A stretch of DNA of 45,892 bases. It comes from Corallochytrium limacisporum Hawaii. Taxonomy: Eukaryota > Protista > Pluriformea. Location of the stretch: positions 111,376 to 157,267 of the forward strand of contig PDIP01000075.1 of NCBI GenBank assembly GCA_002811645.1. Direction: 5' to 3'. The notes below the pieces were generated by a model that saw only the letters and a list, made by a program, of their open reading frames with translations, did not search any database and had not been told where the DNA came from. Below are positions 19,621-30,192 of the stretch, piece after piece. Position 1 is the first letter of the stretch. Each line of letters opens with the position of its first letter. The position numbers were made by a program, and so were the translations under genes.

Positions 19621-22600
19621 ATGGCAGATCAATCTGGCGTTGTACGCCAGATTCCGGGACAGATTCCACTGCGTATGCGGCAGGTGAATGTTTCGGGTGT
19701 GATCAAGCCCCTTGATCCCCCGAATGCAAAGAGCATCGCGAATGCATATTCAGAGCAGGGCCGAAAGAAAGGGATGGACCAGAAGTCACCCGAAAATCAG
19801 CGTGTGCCGACACATTCGAATACAACATTCGACGGCAAGGCTTTGTTAGCCCCGGCTAAGGTGACAAAGTCTTCGATGCCAGCCACAAACGTTAATGCAA
19901 TGCCGAGTGGATGGAAGCCCGCAAACAAGAAGGTGGTGACACTAGTCCGCAAGACTGCAAAACAGAAGACACAGCGGAGGAAGACAGCGCAGAAGGAGAA
20001 TCAGTCTCCGCATTCACTGGTACCAAAGGAACGGGCACGATCCATGGAAGACCGCGGTGCGTCCACGCCAGAAGAATTTACTCGGAGTCCGAAGCGGACG
20101 GCTGTAGATGGCAAAAATCCAGGCATGTTGATCACTGAACACATCGATCTATATGGTGGGGTGAGGTCATATGTTGCGGGCCAGGACGAGATGCCCACTA
20201 CCGACATTCAGCATTACCCGCCGCCTCCAGTGCACGTCGTTCCGGAGACTAGCCGGTATCACAACGCGGTAGCGAAGATCCGTAGCAAACTAAATGCCAG
20301 CAGTACGCACACGACCTTGGGATCAGAACAACCATACTCAGCGGGTAGTTTGAATGCCGCTAGAACACAAAGTTTGGTTGGATTGCCGGCAGAGGATGCG
20401 CACACTTCGTTGCAGACTATGGTTGAGAGACAGGCCAGGACTTCGATTGATCAATTGGAACCTGCGGTCAAGGACGACAGGAAGGAGGGCAAGCGATTGG
20501 CCACGGAGACGGATACAAGCTTTAGCAGTCGGACTGGACGACCAAATCCGAAAAAATTCCTGCGACGTACCAGTAATGACTACATTCAGTATGCACGCAA
20601 CAAGACACCAAACCACAGTAGCACAAGGATTACTGCGGCTGCCTCGACTGAAACAGTTGCCAAGGGCCCGGCTCCGAGGGCAAGGCGGGAACATTTGAGT
20701 TCGATGAGCACAAAGAGCACACACCGGCGGCGGTCGCGGTCCCCAGACCGAGCTGCTGCTGCTGCCGGGGCGTCAATGGATTCGGCGTTTTCGAAGCCAC
20801 GACTATCTTTTTCGGAAGCACTGCGCCATGACGTTAGAAGTACATCTGAGCAGCCCATCCGGCCGACCCCTGCCGCTCTGCAGGCCCAGAGGGAGGCACA
20901 GGAGCGGGTCGAACGAGCTAGACGCAATGCCTTCCCGCGCCAGGTGCACCGTGAACACGACCCGGTGCAGATTGCCGATACACCAGCGAACCTTAGTAGT
21001 GCATCGTACACGAAGGTTGCCGGGAAAAGGGTCAAGAGTTCGTTGGCGAATGTGTCCAGTGTCAGCAGGGACTCCGTATCGGCGAATGTAGCCAGTTTGG
21101 GCGCAGCAACGGGCAAGACTCCACTGCCACTATACAGTCGCAAGGAAGCACAGGATTACATGCGCACGCAGCGCTTACGTCGGGCAGAGAGTGCTCGCAA
21201 ATTGGAACAGGAGAAGGCATTACGAATGGAACGAATCAAGCAATCGATGGCCCAACTGGAACAGGAGCGGAAGAAAGCCTTGAGACGCGCGAAGAGCGTG
21301 CCACTGGCTACAAGAGTAGCAGAGGCAGAGCTCATGGATGTTGCCGAGACCAGCTTGCCTGAGCAAGGCTTGCCTGTGCGGGAGGCAGATCTGAGCTTTA
21401 GTGAGCGCCTCGCCTCCCCTCTGGCTCGTTCTGGCACACACACTGTCCTTAGGTATACAGCAGGGGAAGGCGTGGATGCCGCTGACGTTTCACAATACTC
21501 TGTCGTCGCTGGCCTTGTGGAGCCCCATGGCACAAACACTCATAGACGTGAGGAGACTGGATACCGCAGTGCTGTGAAGACCGCTCTGGACGACCACGAT
21601 GAACATTTCATGGATGATAGAGGAGATGGTGAGGTTTCTGTTGTACCGGACCTTGACCCGCTGGGCGAGGATGAGAAGCGCGCAAAGATCCGGGCCTTGG
21701 CCCGTGGATTGGAAACGCGCATGGATGACATTGAAACTCGTCTTCAAACTGAGGAGCAATTCAGAAATATCAGCGGGACAGCTACATCCATGACCAGGAA
21801 ATCTGCTCCTTTGAGGCAGCCAACACCCAAATACAAGCCACCCGCGCACGTCATGCGTTGGACTGATGATGACGACGAGCCTCGGTACACTTCACTTGAG
21901 AAGGAAATTTCCCTGGAGGCTAGGAAACCCTCCTCGACGGAGGCACCGATGACGAAATATGAGGGACGGTACGCGGTGGAACATGGGAATGTCCCAGTGG
22001 AGCCAAGCGGCCGCTTTCGCCTCGAACCGCGGAGTCTAAAGACTGTGGCACCGGCCAAGGACTCAATTCTACCGCCCACGATGGGTGCTACAGTTTCGTC
22101 AGTGGAGACTAAAATTGGAACAGCGGGTGTAGACTTTGCGCAGTCGTCTCAAACGGCCAATGATGGCTTGGGTACAAGCCTGCGAAGGCGCGGTGAGCCG
22201 CACAGCGATCGAACCCGCAGTATCTCTCCCGGAAGACCCCCGCCGCCGAACCCTGAAATGGACCCGCTGCGCACACTACTGCGCAAGTACACAGGTTTGC
22301 GGGACACGTCACCAACGCGCCATACTACTGGACACGAGCCAACTATGAACCGTACCCTTCGGGAGCAGAAGACGGACCAGGGCGTGGTCCAGGATTCCTA
22401 TAAAGATGAGGGGGAGACTGATCGGCTTCGGGACCAGAGCCGGCAAACACGCGGAGACTACGTCTCCTCTTCTGGTGTAGTGCACGGAGATTCGCTTGTA
22501 ATAGATGACGAGGACTCCAGTAGCATCCTCACAGATCCACTGCAGCATCAACGAGGCCTGCAAGAGGGCCCATCTGTGAACTCTGCTGCATTCATACCAG

Positions 22601-25600
22601 CCCAACCGCCCATTCAGGCCTACAGGCAGGCTGGACGGCCTCAACCGAGTGCCGTAGCTGCGACACTGCGTGACCAGCTCCTCGCTGAAGTGGCACATTT
22701 GGACGGTCTCACGGAGCAACAGGCTCTCCTCGAGGCATACGAAGTGAAGAGGGCGTATGCCCGCAGTCAGAACGAAGCCCAGGCGCTTGCCTCACTGGTC
22801 GCCGACCGCCGGCTGGCCGCGCAGCAGGCCTTGCGCGCGGCTGAGGCCAACGATCGCACTGCCCGTGATATTCTGCGTGATGTGCGGCAAGATCTTGGGG
22901 CTCTGCGCTCCCGACATTCTCGCACGACGGCACCGCGACGAGAAATTGGTGTTAGGGTACTAGGTGGAGATGATAATGAATCGACGCGCATGGAATCATC
23001 GGCCCTAAGTGCAAGTGACGATATTCTTATGGACGACTTTGAGGCTAAGGACATGAGCACAGGCATGCCTTCGATGCCCTCGGTTGCGGATTCAACTGTC
23101 TCGCGCACGAGTGAACCACCGCGTAGACGTGGCCGCGATTCAGACCTCAGCGTGGAACCCAAAGCTGAGCGTGACGATTTGGCGTCATCGGAAGACGAGG
23201 ATGCAACCGCCGGTGTCGGTCGTGGGGCTGCGACTCTGTCTGCTGACGACGGCCTGACTGGCCACACATCAACACCAGACGTTAGCTTCGGCGGACTGTA
23301 TGGCCGCAGTGTTGGCAGGGATGACGACAGTGCTGGAGCAGCTGCCGCTGCTGTGGCGAGACGCCTAGGCAAGGGCACACCAACCTCGGCCGAGGTGGCC
23401 GCTGCTGTAGCGCAGCAGAGGGCCCGCTCTCTCAGCGCTGGCCTCGGTGGCAGCAGTGCGTTGAACTTCGAGGACCAGGAAACCTCCTTGCGCATGCCCT
23501 CAGAGGTTACACCTCGGGACCTACCCAGTGCAGGTGCAGTGCCTGATCGAGCGTACTCCCCCCGTGCCAGTCAGCGGTCGTTAATATCGGACAAAGACAC
23601 ACAAGCACGAGTTCGTAGTGTTGCATTCGAGGACGACGAGCCTCTTTCGGGACGCGAGGTGAAGGGACCCATCATTGATATCGGAGAAGTGGACAACGAT
23701 AACGACACCGTCGCTGATGACGGTGCCTCCTTGTCCATGATTGAATTCAGTGACCTGCAGAGCGATGCCTTCAATACGCGAGACCGTGTGGCCGCCGATG
23801 TAGTAGCTGATATGCTCACAGAGGAATTGTTGGACAAAGCTATTCAGTACACTCTGCTCATTCAACGTACGGTCTTCCAACATGCCCAAGCAGCGGCAAG
23901 TGGAAAGGAAAGTGGAAAGCAAGTAAGACCCAAACCAGAGACAGCATCGGAAGGGCAATGGCACCAAGCCACGGCAGAACAAGCCGGAGGTAAAGCAGAA
24001 GCAGAGGCAGAAGAAACTCAAAGGAGGACAACCATAGAGGCAGAAGAGGAAAAGGTACTGCAACAGGGAGAGCAAGAGCAGCAGCTGAAAATGGTACCAC
24101 CCTTACCTACACTCAAAGTTCCAGCGGGCAGTGCGGAGACTTCGCCACTTCGCGCGCCCTCCACAGGTACTACTCCGGCGACTGCGAAGGGCCCACTCTC
24201 TCCGCGTGCCAAGGACCGCACTGCTCTATCTCCGGCGACGGCCGCGGCCATTGAAGCCGCCGCACACGCAGTGTCTGCACGCAGTCCGCGCCCCTTAAGC
24301 CCCCCGCTCGTCTCTCCGACGTCAGTGGCCGCCCATTCCGGAACCTCCAGCGCCGAGCGCGAAGCAACGCTGCGTGCAATGTATGCCGATCGCGTGCCTA
24401 CCTCTCCTACACTTAGTTCTGGTGAAGCGAGCTTATTGACCGGGATCAGCCCGCGATTGAAGGCTGCAACGGGCAGTGCGCAGGAAATGCCATTACACCA
24501 CCACCATCACCACATCGGTGGTAGTAGCACTGGTACCAGTACAGGGTCAATTAGCCCTGGCGCTGTCAGTACGCAACATCACATAGCTACCGGAGGACTG
24601 ACCGGCGCGGTGGTGTCACCACCGCATCAGACACCTATAGTTGAGCAATCATCGCCGGAGCCGAGCAGTCCCATTCTCAGAGCAACACCAGTGTCAGTAA
24701 AGGAACAGGAGTTCCCATCCCCATCGCTGACAACTGCCTCAGCAACGGACGAACAATCGGTCGCTGACACCGATGCGACCGCGTCTCCATCTGGCTCCTT
24801 GGGACCCCTTGGTGGCGAGTACTTGCCGCCACAGAGCCAGGGTGTCGCCAGCAGTCCACAGCTATCCCCGCGCCAGCCACTGAGCGGGGCTCCTAGAGCC
24901 CGTACTGGTGACCGCCTACTAAGCACGACTCCGGCTCTTCGCCTTGTCACCCAGCAAGAACGACTTTTTGAGGCCATGACCCGTGGTCTGACCAGTTGGT
25001 ATCGATCTCTCCCTACCGATCTACGCCAGCGAAGTTGTGAGGCTTCGGCTCTCCCTGGTAAACACCCAGTCGTGCCGCCGCGGATCCCTGAAGAATTCTT
25101 TGAGGCAGACTCAGATGGTGCCAATAGCAGTGTAAGCGCTGATGGGTACCTGCCAGGTCGTATCTCTGCGCTTTTGGACGCCCTGAACGCAACGATGCAG
25201 GCCCATGCTACTGCCTCGCACGCTATCGAAGGACTGCTTTTGCCAAAGGACGGTGAAACTGATGCCAGTGCTCGCGCTAGTACCTCGGCAGAGGATGTTT
25301 TTGCGCTGGACGTCTCCGAACCGGACCGACGCCATGACTGGGCCTTTGCTAGCACTGACCTCGCCACCTACCGCGGCGTGCCCTTGCGTTCGGAGAATGC
25401 CTTCCTGGCCTATGCTAAGCGTGTCATGCAGGAGCTTCTGCGATACGAAAACAAGTTTTGGGAGAGTCGAGATACGGCTGAGAGTGTGCAGAACAATTTG
25501 GGTGGCGATGGAACACAATCAGAGGAGTCATTGCAACAACAGCAGGCTGTAGTCGAAGAGCTCTTGGACGACGTCTTGGATGACATTTTGGTAGACGAAG

Positions 25601-25725
25601 TGAACGAGGACGAGAAAGGCTGGCGCTATCTGGAGCGGCACCAAAATCGTGTTCTTCTCACGGTTGCGGATCGCATCCTGGACGATTTACTCAGGGACAC
25701 AATGCAGTGGCTGGACAGTTGTTGA
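19621..25725 (+). CDS. CEP350: CEP350-like large centrosomal protein
   Basis: 2034-aa mostly disordered ORF with three CEP350-like blocks: YSRKEAQDYMRTQR..coiled coil; LRDQLLAEVAHLDGLTEQQALLEAYEVKRAYARSQNEAQALA; C-terminal DUF4378-like ILVDEVNEDEKGWRYLERHQNRVLLTVADRILDDLLRDT. Confidence 0.72.
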   Translation: MADQSGVVRQIPGQIPLRMRQVNVSGVIKPLDPPNAKSIANAYSEQGRKKGMDQKSPENQRVPTHSNTTFDGKALLAPAKVTKSSMPATNVNAMPSGWKPANKKVVTLVRKTAKQKTQRRKTAQKENQSPHSLVPKERARSMEDRGASTPEEFTRSPKRTAVDGKNPGMLITEHIDLYGGVRSYVAGQDEMPTTDIQHYPPPPVHVVPETSRYHNAVAKIRSKLNASSTHTTLGSEQPYSAGSLNAARTQSLVGLPAEDAHTSLQTMVERQARTSIDQLEPAVKDDRKEGKRLATETDTSFSSRTGRPNPKKFLRRTSNDYIQYARNKTPNHSSTRITAAASTETVAKGPAPRARREHLSSMSTKSTHRRRSRSPDRAAAAAGASMDSAFSKPRLSFSEALRHDVRSTSEQPIRPTPAALQAQREAQERVERARRNAFPRQVHREHDPVQIADTPANLSSASYTKVAGKRVKSSLANVSSVSRDSVSANVASLGAATGKTPLPLYSRKEAQDYMRTQRLRRAESARKLEQEKALRMERIKQSMAQLEQERKKALRRAKSVPLATRVAEAELMDVAETSLPEQGLPVREADLSFSERLASPLARSGTHTVLRYTAGEGVDAADVSQYSVVAGLVEPHGTNTHRREETGYRSAVKTALDDHDEHFMDDRGDGEVSVVPDLDPLGEDEKRAKIRALARGLETRMDDIETRLQTEEQFRNISGTATSMTRKSAPLRQPTPKYKPPAHVMRWTDDDDEPRYTSLEKEISLEARKPSSTEAPMTKYEGRYAVEHGNVPVEPSGRFRLEPRSLKTVAPAKDSILPPTMGATVSSVETKIGTAGVDFAQSSQTANDGLGTSLRRRGEPHSDRTRSISPGRPPPPNPEMDPLRTLLRKYTGLRDTSPTRHTTGHEPTMNRTLREQKTDQGVVQDSYKDEGETDRLRDQSRQTRGDYVSSSGVVHGDSLVIDDEDSSSILTDPLQHQRGLQEGPSVNSAAFIPAQPPIQAYRQAGRPQPSAVAATLRDQLLAEVAHLDGLTEQQALLEAYEVKRAYARSQNEAQALASLVADRRLAAQQALRAAEANDRTARDILRDVRQDLGALRSRHSRTTAPRREIGVRVLGGDDNESTRMESSALSASDDILMDDFEAKDMSTGMPSMPSVADSTVSRTSEPPRRRGRDSDLSVEPKAERDDLASSEDEDATAGVGRGAATLSADDGLTGHTSTPDVSFGGLYGRSVGRDDDSAGAAAAAVARRLGKGTPTSAEVAAAVAQQRARSLSAGLGGSSALNFEDQETSLRMPSEVTPRDLPSAGAVPDRAYSPRASQRSLISDKDTQARVRSVAFEDDEPLSGREVKGPIIDIGEVDNDNDTVADDGASLSMIEFSDLQSDAFNTRDRVAADVVADMLTEELLDKAIQYTLLIQRTVFQHAQAAASGKESGKQVRPKPETASEGQWHQATAEQAGGKAEAEAEETQRRTTIEAEEEKVLQQGEQEQQLKMVPPLPTLKVPAGSAETSPLRAPSTGTTPATAKGPLSPRAKDRTALSPATAAAIEAAAHAVSARSPRPLSPPLVSPTSVAAHSGTSSAEREATLRAMYADRVPTSPTLSSGEASLLTGISPRLKAATGSAQEMPLHHHHHHIGGSSTGTSTGSISPGAVSTQHHIATGGLTGAVVSPPHQTPIVEQSSPEPSSPILRATPVSVKEQEFPSPSLTTASATDEQSVADTDATASPSGSLGPLGGEYLPPQSQGVASSPQLSPRQPLSGAPRARTGDRLLSTTPALRLVTQQERLFEAMTRGLTSWYRSLPTDLRQRSCEASALPGKHPVVPPRIPEEFFEADSDGANSSVSADGYLPGRISALLDALNATMQAHATASHAIEGLLLPKDGETDASARASTSAEDVFALDVSEPDRRHDWAFASTDLATYRGVPLRSENAFLAYAKRVMQELLRYENKFWESRDTAESVQNNLGGDGTQSEESLQQQQAVVEELLDDVLDDILVDEVNEDEKGWRYLERHQNRVLLTVADRILDDLLRDTMQWLDSC

Positions 25726-26167
25726 CTGCAGCCAGGTAACGACTGATGGAAGAGATACTTTGTCAAGATTTCAACACGCATTTGAATTTCTACCATTCCT
25801 CCATTGTGACCATAGTGAACCCGATAATACAAGAGTAGTCTGTAGTTCTAACCTAGTCATTGTCATTTTGCCAAATGCGACTAGTTTCACGCGCTTTCTC
25901 AATTCTTCCTATAAATCCCCCTTCCCCACATCATCGTTGTGATTCTGCTCATCACTCAACGCACCTGGATCGGGATGGTCGTCGTTGCAGTAGGCTCTCA
26001 GCAGCAATGCCGTACTCTACCGTCGGCTTTTTTATCGTCTAGAGCTATGGTGTCGTCTGAGGCGTACACAAGAATAGAACCAAAGGAGCGATAGATCCGC
26101 GTGTTACTGTAGGGTTGTGGATCCTAGTAGTGGCTCAAAACTCAGACCTCCGCTATTCTCCGGTCGT

Positions 26168-26239
26168 GGGGTCCCTTGCACTTCCCCCCCTTCCCCCCGG
26201 GGGAGAAAGAAGGGGGGGGGGCCGGGACAGAGGGGACCC
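26168..26239. promoter_or_regulatory. Quasi-palindromic C-to-G switch upstream of RNASEK
   Basis: ggggtccc..C7-TT-C6|G5..G10..ggggaccc, an imperfect inverted repeat centred at 26198/26199. Confidence 0.45.
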
Positions 26240-26841
26240 GTGCTTACGCAACAGATTCCGCTCGGTAGGTTTACTAGGGCGGTATCTGAATCAAATTGTG
26301 ATTCCCTTCCGCAATATATAATGCAACACACATTTTCAATCGACGGGTCGTGATTCGCATTGGGACTAATTGACTCAGCTCCCTGCCGGGTTCAGGCTAT
26401 CGAGGTCTTGGCGCGAACAAACGGTACCCATCCTCCGTTCCATACACAACGGGCCAGAGAAAAAAGCCACTGCACAATTCTGAGCGGGAGGGAGGAGAGG
26501 ACTCTCCTTCGTCTTTTTTTGTTTTGACTCCCTGTGCTCCTATAAATCTCCATACCCTAGCGACTATTTTGTTTGTACCAACGTACTGTGTGGAGAGGGA
26601 CCACAGACTAAGATATTCAGGCGGACATTGGGTGCTTCTTGTATCGGAGAACTCAGTGGACAGCCTAGTCTTGGTACATCAGGGGTACTTCCCTTCAGAT
26701 TATAGCTACAAAGAGCTGTATTTCTTACGAGGCCAACAGCATAGGAATTTGGTTATCCTTATCTCAGTCGCATGTTTGGGGGTACTCTATGCAGCACGTC
26801 CATCTGTCATAGAATAACAAGAACAACATAACTTATCAACA

Positions 26842-27123
26842 ATGGGTCTCACATTCTGCTCACCAGCATACGCAGGATGCTGCAGTGTCATTTCGGCATG
26901 GGGGGTCATTCAGCTCATGATAATGGGGTTCCTGTTTCAAAACAATTCACTAGGTCTGCGGGAGGACAACCCTGATCACAGTGCCGCAGCTGTGAACTGT
27001 TTTATCGCCGCCTCGATCTACTTTGCTTTCTTCCTGCTGTCTCTTTGTCAGAGTGCCATGAACAAACGCGGTGGAACTCTTTCGCACACACCTGCAGGAT
27101 ATCAACGTCAGCTCGATCAGTAA
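26842..27123 (+). CDS. RNASEK: Ribonuclease kappa / V-ATPase subunit f
   Basis: 93 aa, two TM helices. CCSVISAWGVIQLMIMG...NCFIAASIY...SLCQ matches the RNASEK pattern. Confidence 0.9.
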   Translation: MGLTFCSPAYAGCCSVISAWGVIQLMIMGFLFQNNSLGLREDNPDHSAAAVNCFIAASIYFAFFLLSLCQSAMNKRGGTLSHTPAGYQRQLDQ

Positions 27124-27498
27124 GTAAAGCACAGTGACAGGGGCCCAACCTATCATGCATTAAGAAACCCGCAGCAGGTCACTTTCGTACAAGCAAGAAG
27201 AAAGGGTCTAACTGCTGGGATAAGCGACACTCATTTCCGAATGTTTCCACAGCACAGAATTGAACGTAATTGAAAGCAAATCTATATACAAATTAGTCCT
27301 TTCACATGTACATAGAATACGAAAAGGACCAGACCAGATTATCAAAACATCTCTGTTCTATACAGCAAGCCACACGGAATGGTACCCATCTGCTCGTGGT
27401 AAACGCTCCATTTGGAAATCTTCCTCTTGGCTTAAGAAATAACTTGGAAGTCTGTTAGTATGTACTAAAGCGTATATGTTTTTAAATTGCATAAAGGA

Positions 27499-28995
27499 TT
27501 AGCATGCCAAAATCTCCTGCAGCGCTTCGTGGTAGGCATCCTTCAACTCCTGCGGGTTCTCAATCTCAGCATTGTCCAGGACCACGTTAAAGTTGACCTT
27601 GCCATTGTAAGACAGAACATCAACCTGATGCACCGAGTTAGCCACCTGTACGGTAACATTGTCGACCGGAGTGCCACACAGATAGACGGTCTCCGATGGT
27701 CCGGGCACATTAGTGAAGCAGAAAGTGTGTTTCAGCATCAAATCGCGGGCGGTCTGTGCGGTCATGTTGAAGGGTAGGATGCGACCAGCGCCCTCATTGA
27801 TCTTCAGCTGCAAGTAGGCCTCTGGGCTAGCCTTGATAGCGTCCAGGATCTGCTTACAGGCACGGATGCGCTCCACCGGGCTTTCAAGGTGCACAGGTAG
27901 ATCGAGTGAAATAAAACACCATTTGTTGTGCAGGACATCGGTTTCATCTGAGCCGGTCTTTCGGGGAAAAGCGTAGGGCACGACACAGCGAACTTTGAGC
28001 TTGTCGCCCTTCTCTAGCTCAGGGTCTTTGCGCTTCTCCATGAACTTGCGTACGGTGCCAGCCAAGACGGCGCTCATGACATCGTTGACAGTGCATGAGT
28101 GTTTGTTCTTTACAGCCTTTATCTTGGCCAGGCTCACACTGTCGGCTTCTACTAGCTGTCGTTTTCCGGTGAAGTGCCAGTTGGACTCGTTGAGATGTTT
28201 GAAGACGGTCGGACTGTCTGGGGATGTGACTGGGACAGCCGCAATCTTGACCAGTGCACCGGCCACTCGGGAAGCAGCAGAGAGATACGAAGTCATCAGC
28301 CAACCGCCCGTGTTGCCTGGTCCGGCCTTAGTCGCACGACTAAAAGTGGGTATATCGATTTTCTCACCGCTCTCATCTGTTGCCATGTTCATGAAGACCT
28401 GCAACAGGGAGATTCCATCACCTATGGCATGGTGGAAGCGGAACAACACTGCTGAGGGCCCTTCGCCCGCATTTTCGATCATCCAGCAATCCCACGGGGG
28501 CCGATTATCCATATCCTCGAAGGGTGCCAGGAGCAAGCGGTTCTGCTCCTCCAACCGCTTCGCATCGCTCTTTACCACTAACTGGTTTACGTGATCCGCG
28601 ATCTTGACCTCCACTGGCCGCCAGTGGGGGTTGCCATCCTTGTCGTAACCTAGTCTGCTACGCAGGCGTTTATAGTACAGAGCCCGGGCTTCGAGCATTT
28701 CGCAGAGCTTCTCGTACTCGGGTAACTTCTCAAAGTAGAGTACTCCGTTAACGGGAAAATATGGCACATCCAATTCCTTAGGGAAACCCTTTGCCAGAAA
28801 GTCGGACACGAAACTCATCTTGCGGTCCTGGTTCCGCTCGTCGACCTTAACTGCGGCCGGTTCAAAACTGAGCAGGAACATACACACTGCACCGACCAAG
28901 ACACCATCGAACCAACTGCTCTCCACCAAGAAGTGCAGCAAGTATGTAGCCGCCAGGCTGGCGGCAACCATCTTAATGAGCAAGAACTCGTTCAT
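27499..28995 (-). CDS. Bifunctional wax ester synthase/diacylglycerol O-acyltransferase (WS/DGAT)
   Basis: First ATG at 28995 (the ORF track starts at a GTG). Catalytic HHxxxDG as RFHHAIGDG, RPPW, TVNDVMSAVLAG, TNVPGP and SYNG. N-terminal hydrophobic segments. Confidence 0.92.
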   Translation of the reverse strand: MNEFLLIKMVAASLAATYLLHFLVESSWFDGVLVGAVCMFLLSFEPAAVKVDERNQDRKMSFVSDFLAKGFPKELDVPYFPVNGVLYFEKLPEYEKLCEMLEARALYYKRLRSRLGYDKDGNPHWRPVEVKIADHVNQLVVKSDAKRLEEQNRLLLAPFEDMDNRPPWDCWMIENAGEGPSAVLFRFHHAIGDGISLLQVFMNMATDESGEKIDIPTFSRATKAGPGNTGGWLMTSYLSAASRVAGALVKIAAVPVTSPDSPTVFKHLNESNWHFTGKRQLVEADSVSLAKIKAVKNKHSCTVNDVMSAVLAGTVRKFMEKRKDPELEKGDKLKVRCVVPYAFPRKTGSDETDVLHNKWCFISLDLPVHLESPVERIRACKQILDAIKASPEAYLQLKINEGAGRILPFNMTAQTARDLMLKHTFCFTNVPGPSETVYLCGTPVDNVTVQVANSVHQVDVLSYNGKVNFNVVLDNAEIENPQELKDAYHEALQEILAC

Positions 28996-30192
28996 CGCGA
29001 TTCTGAAAACAAGACCTTGAATTCTGTATTTATTTTCCAAAACTCTTGACCTCTGTCTCACTTCTGTCCGTGTCCGAAAAAGTTCTCGAGAAAAGAAAAG
29101 GAAGTAGAACGTGTAGATGCCCCCTGAATACCTTCGATTCCCGTAGTCTCTGCCTTACAACCGTTCCTTGGATCAAACTGGAACGGTTCATCTGAAGTAG
29201 CCGGTCCACTGTCGACATCGTACGGAAGTTGGACATTCAGCCTCTCCCTACAGATACTTTGACTTGTCCAATACATATATCTGTTGGCCTCGTCCCCACA
29301 TCGGCACGCAAACCGTAAACACTGCACTAGGAGGAACTGCGTCCCGACGTAGAGTGGTCCGATGCGGTAGAGCGCAAAAAACTGTGGTAGAAGCCAATTC
29401 TTTTTGTGCTGCGATTCCGCAACCGAGATTCCTCGGTGCCTTCCGATTTCGGTGCCGGCAAGGCCAATGGCCACGCCACGTAGTCTCCTGCTCTCCGCTA
29501 CACAGTCGGGGACATACACCCCTGAGTGCAAAGCTCGCCCACTTAGAGTCCCAGTTCGTTGACAGCAGTCTGTGCTGCCGAATGTACGGCTGGTTGCGGA
29601 CGGGCACAAAAATTGAGAGACGGGAGAGTAAAAGGCAGGCCAAAGCTAAGCGGCTTCGCTGGATCCCTTTCAAGATTTCGGTTGTTTGAGTGTGGCTGTT
29701 GAGCTAAGTTCTGGGTAAACAAAACTAAGCCTCATCATCTTTCCACAAACTACCCAGCTGTTTTCTGAATATTCACGGTATCATGAATGAAGCAACAATT
29801 AAGGAGTGATACTGTTTACGTATGACATGAGATTCACTAGGGCGTGATACTGAAGCAAAGCATGTAAGTGCCTCCTTGAAACGCCCCTGTTCTCTCTGTG
29901 TGCGCAGTTCGAATCAGTTCTACTCGGTTCATTCATACACAGCATTCTAGAATGGACTTGTCATCATTGGCACAGTTGGTGTTCGGACTGTGATAATCCT
30001 TGTGGGCGTAGCCTTTGAGATAGCCATCAAGTTCACCATATTCAAATTAAAAATAGCAACACAGTAAGATGGAATGGTTGCACTGCCACGACGGTAAATT
30101 GCCCATACTCGGTGAGGCTTTGGGGCAAAGGCGAGTTCAGGATGGAAACGATTTTTTTTTTTTTTGCTGCTAAGTTCAGCGGTGTACACAGA

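Noticed and set aside
25908-26035. CTATAAAT box followed about 120 nt later by T6 (Pol III-like unit); similar CTATAAA at 4040, 14004 and 26540
   Set aside because: No recognisable RNA between the signals and inconsistent spacing to genes.
29900-29925. GTTCGAATC tRNA T-loop/B-box-like motif
   Set aside because: Flanks do not form a T stem or cloverleaf.
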